Shown one piece after another: positions 61,290 through 64,000 of a stretch of 64,000 bases of DNA. Each line of letters starts with the position of its first letter. Position 1 is the stretch's first letter. The notes under the pieces were generated by a model. The model was not told the origin of the DNA, searched no databases, and was given only the letters and a program-made list of their open reading frames with translations. The position numbers were made by a program, and so were the translations under genes. Source of the DNA: Prorocentrum cordatum (taxonomy: Eukaryota); contig CAUYUJ010000314.1 of NCBI GenBank assembly GCA_963575745.1, positions 124,001 through 188,000 on the forward strand. The letters are read 5' to 3'.

Positions 61290-61620
61290 TACACCTCCCA
61301 GAAAGGAAGAGGTTTCTGGAAGAGGAAAGAAGTATGTCGCACGACCACCTTAGCACAAAGGGCTGCCGGGATTCCGATTGCCGCGGGAGGAGGGTGCAGT
61401 TCTGCAGTGATAGCCGTTTCGAAGTTCACTCCATAAATGTTCGCGCACACCCGTGGCGTTTTCGCCGACGAAGGCCTTTCAGGGGTGACGTTCAATCAAG
61501 TGCTCGGCCACTCCTCGCGTGATGACGTCCGCGATGGGCGCATCTCGGAGTTTGAGAGGGCCCGCAACGCTGAAGTGGACAGGCTAGCCAAACAGGCAGC
61601 GACGTTGAGATGGGTCTCCC
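61290..61620 (+). pseudogene. Degenerate retroelement RNase H fragment
   Basis: VQFCSDSRFEVHSIN (xSDS motif), then a frameshift to VTFNQVLGHSSRDDVRDGRISEFERARNAEVDRLAKQAA (VxGH...N..xDxLAK motif of RNase HI). Confidence 0.65.
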
Positions 61621-61979
61621 CTGGCGTATTGTGGCTGACCCGTCGGGCTCTCCCTTTCTTCCTTCCTTTCTTTTTCTCTCTCCCTCTCTTTCTCTCTTTA
61701 TCTCTTTCTCCCTCTCTTTCTGCCTCTCTCTCTCTCTCCCTCTCTCTCTACTCTCATTCAAAGGCGTGCATTCCTTTCTCTCCTCCCCCCTCTCCCCTCT
61801 TACCTCTTACCCTTCCCCCGTTCGCCCCTTTCCGCTTCTCCCTCCCCCATCCCCTCCTCATCCCCCCGCCCCCCTTCTTGCGCTCCTCTTCCCTCGTTCC
61901 TCCCCCTCCACCCTTTGTGCTCTTCCTCCTCCCCTCCCCGTCCGCCTCCTCCTCACCCTCCTGCCCCTCTCTCCCTCGG

Positions 61980-63150
61980 CGTCGTCATCGTCGTCACCGC
62001 CGACATCAACAACATCATCACCACTGTAATAAGCATCATCATCATAATCATCATAATCATCATAATCATCATCATCAGCATCACCATCATCACCATCATA
62101 ATCATCCCCGTCATTAACATCAGCATCATCATTAGCCTCATCATCATACTCATCATGCTCATCATCACCATTGCCATCGTCATCGTCATTACAATGATGT
62201 TTGCCGTCGGCATTGTCATCATCATCACTGCCATCGGATATCGTCATCATTCAAACTCATCATGCTCATCGCCACCGTTCTCATAATCAAAATCATAATC
62301 AGCATCATCATCACCATCATCACCATCATCATCAGCACCATCCTCATCAGACTCATCATCAGCATCATCATCATCTTCATCGCCATCATCGTCGTTATCA
62401 TACTCATAACCATCATCTCCTTTATCATCATACTACTAATCAGCATCGCCATCAGCGTCATCGTCGTCATCTCCATCATCATCCTCGTCGTCGTTGTCGT
62501 CGTCATCATCATCACCATCACCATCACCACCATCACCACCGTCATCACTATCATCATCATCACCAGCATCACTATCATCACCACCATCACCATCATCACC
62601 ATCATCTTCACCATCGCCATCAACACCACCACTAGCAGCATCACGACCACCATCACTATCACCATCACTATCACCATCACTATCATCACCACCATCATTA
62701 GCATTAGCATCATCATCATCATCGTCGCTGCCGTCACCATCACTATCATCACCATCATCACCACCACCATCGTCATCAGCACCATCATCACCATCATCAT
62801 CATCAGCAGCATTACCACCACCATCACCATCACCACCACCACCATCACCATACCATCACCACCACCACCACGATCATTATCAGCATTATCATCATCATCA
62901 CAACCATCATCATCATTGACATCATCAACATCACCTTCCACCATCATCATCATCATCACCACCATCATCACCATCACAATGACCACCATCACCATACCAT
63001 CACCACCACCACCACCGTCACCATCATTATTACCATCATCATCACCACCATCATCATCATCATCATCATCCTCGTCGTCGTCGTCGTCGTCGTCATCATC
63101 ATCATCATCACAACCATCAGCATCACCATCACCATCATCATCATCAGCAT
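61980..63150. repeat. ~1.2-kb degenerate (CAT/CAC)n microsatellite
   Basis: Directly visible. Confidence 0.96.
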
Positions 63151-64000
63151 CAGTCTCAGCATTGTCCTTGCCTCGAAGCCGAGGCCTCAACCACGCGAAG
63201 CTCGGCTGCGCCAGGTCACGGGACCGCTACATCAAGACGTATCCGCAGGATTGGCTTCGGGGGCGCTTGCGCTTTTTGCGTGGGGTCAGGTGTTTTGGTT
63301 CTGGTTTTTTTGTTTTTGAGGGTATTGCTTTTTTTTATTCTTCTTTTTTTTTTTTTTGTTTTTTTTTTTCTTTATTTTAATCTTTTTTGTCTATCTTCGT
63401 TTTGTTCTTTTTTTTTCTCTTGTTGTTTTTTGTTCTGTTCTTTATTTTGTTTTTTTTTTTTTATTTTCTTTTTTGCTGCGAGGGGTGGGCGTGTTGGTTG
63501 GCGATGGGGGGGGAGGCAGGGAAGGGACAGGAGGGAGACGGAGAGGGAGAGGGAGAGGGAGAGGAGAGATAGAGGGAGAGGAGATGGGGAGGTGGAGAAG
63601 GAGCGGTAGGAGCAGGAGGATGGAGGAGGAGGAGGAGGGGGAAGGAGGCTGGACGCAGTCGGATGTGGAGGAGGAGGAGGAGGAGGAGGAAGGAGGAGGA
63701 GGAGGAGGAGGAAGTGGAGGAGGAGGAGGGGGAGGAGGAGGAGGCGGCGCAGCTCATGAGGGAGCTCGGCTGCCGAGGCCCCGCGGGCATTCTCGAACCG
63801 TTTGGGAGTACCCTGCGCGAGGCAGGCCAGCTCCTCGGCCCTGGTCGCAAGGCCTCAGCGGAGGAGGCTCGGCGGGAGCTCATTGTGCGCCGTGCCCCTG
63901 ATCTGGCCAAGCGGTGGGTCAGCGCGCGGGCAGGGCGCAGGGCTGCGGCACTGCGGCACATCCCGGACCCACGGTCTGCGCGGAGGTTCGTGATGCTGCT

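Noticed and set aside
58793..63380. His-, Asp-, Met- and Ile-rich ORFs
   Set aside because: Translations of (GAT)n/(CAT)n repeats

Overview
Repeat-saturated, GC-rich eukaryotic DNA. GC-AG/GT-AG introns with AG|G junctions, the simple-repeat spectrum and the CCAAGA-type interspersed repeats look like a dinoflagellate genome (Prorocentrum-like); this is inference, not a database match. Most ORFs in the track are microsatellite or shadow-frame artefacts. Credible coding content: (i) a frameshifted hAT-like DDE transposase relic (1-~1680); (ii) a near-complete non-LTR retrotransposon (6337-12700) with coiled-coil ORF1 and ORF2 = APE endonuclease, RT with an atypical LVDD motif, CCHC knuckle, RNase H and C-terminal Cys/His motifs, broken only by two in-frame stops; (iii) four co-oriented minus-strand genes separated by satellites: a ~1550-aa DDE/CxxH transposase that appears only when two long ORFs are joined across a 305-nt GT-AG intron (37352-35043 + 34737-32392), a 90-aa basic protein, a 278-aa NLS-bearing protein inside an inverted-repeat cassette, and a ~808-aa two-exon protein of unknown function; (iv) an RNase H relic near 61.3-61.6 kb. 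Non-coding structure: 120-, 91-, 76-, 36- and 27-bp tandem arrays, two Helitron-type hairpin-CTAG termini, a TA-flanked mariner/pogo-type MITE, and two foldback structures. The best candidate for an undescribed system is the spliced giant transposase plus its co-oriented partner genes, a possible large multi-gene DNA transposon. No rRNA, tRNA or CRISPR array was found.
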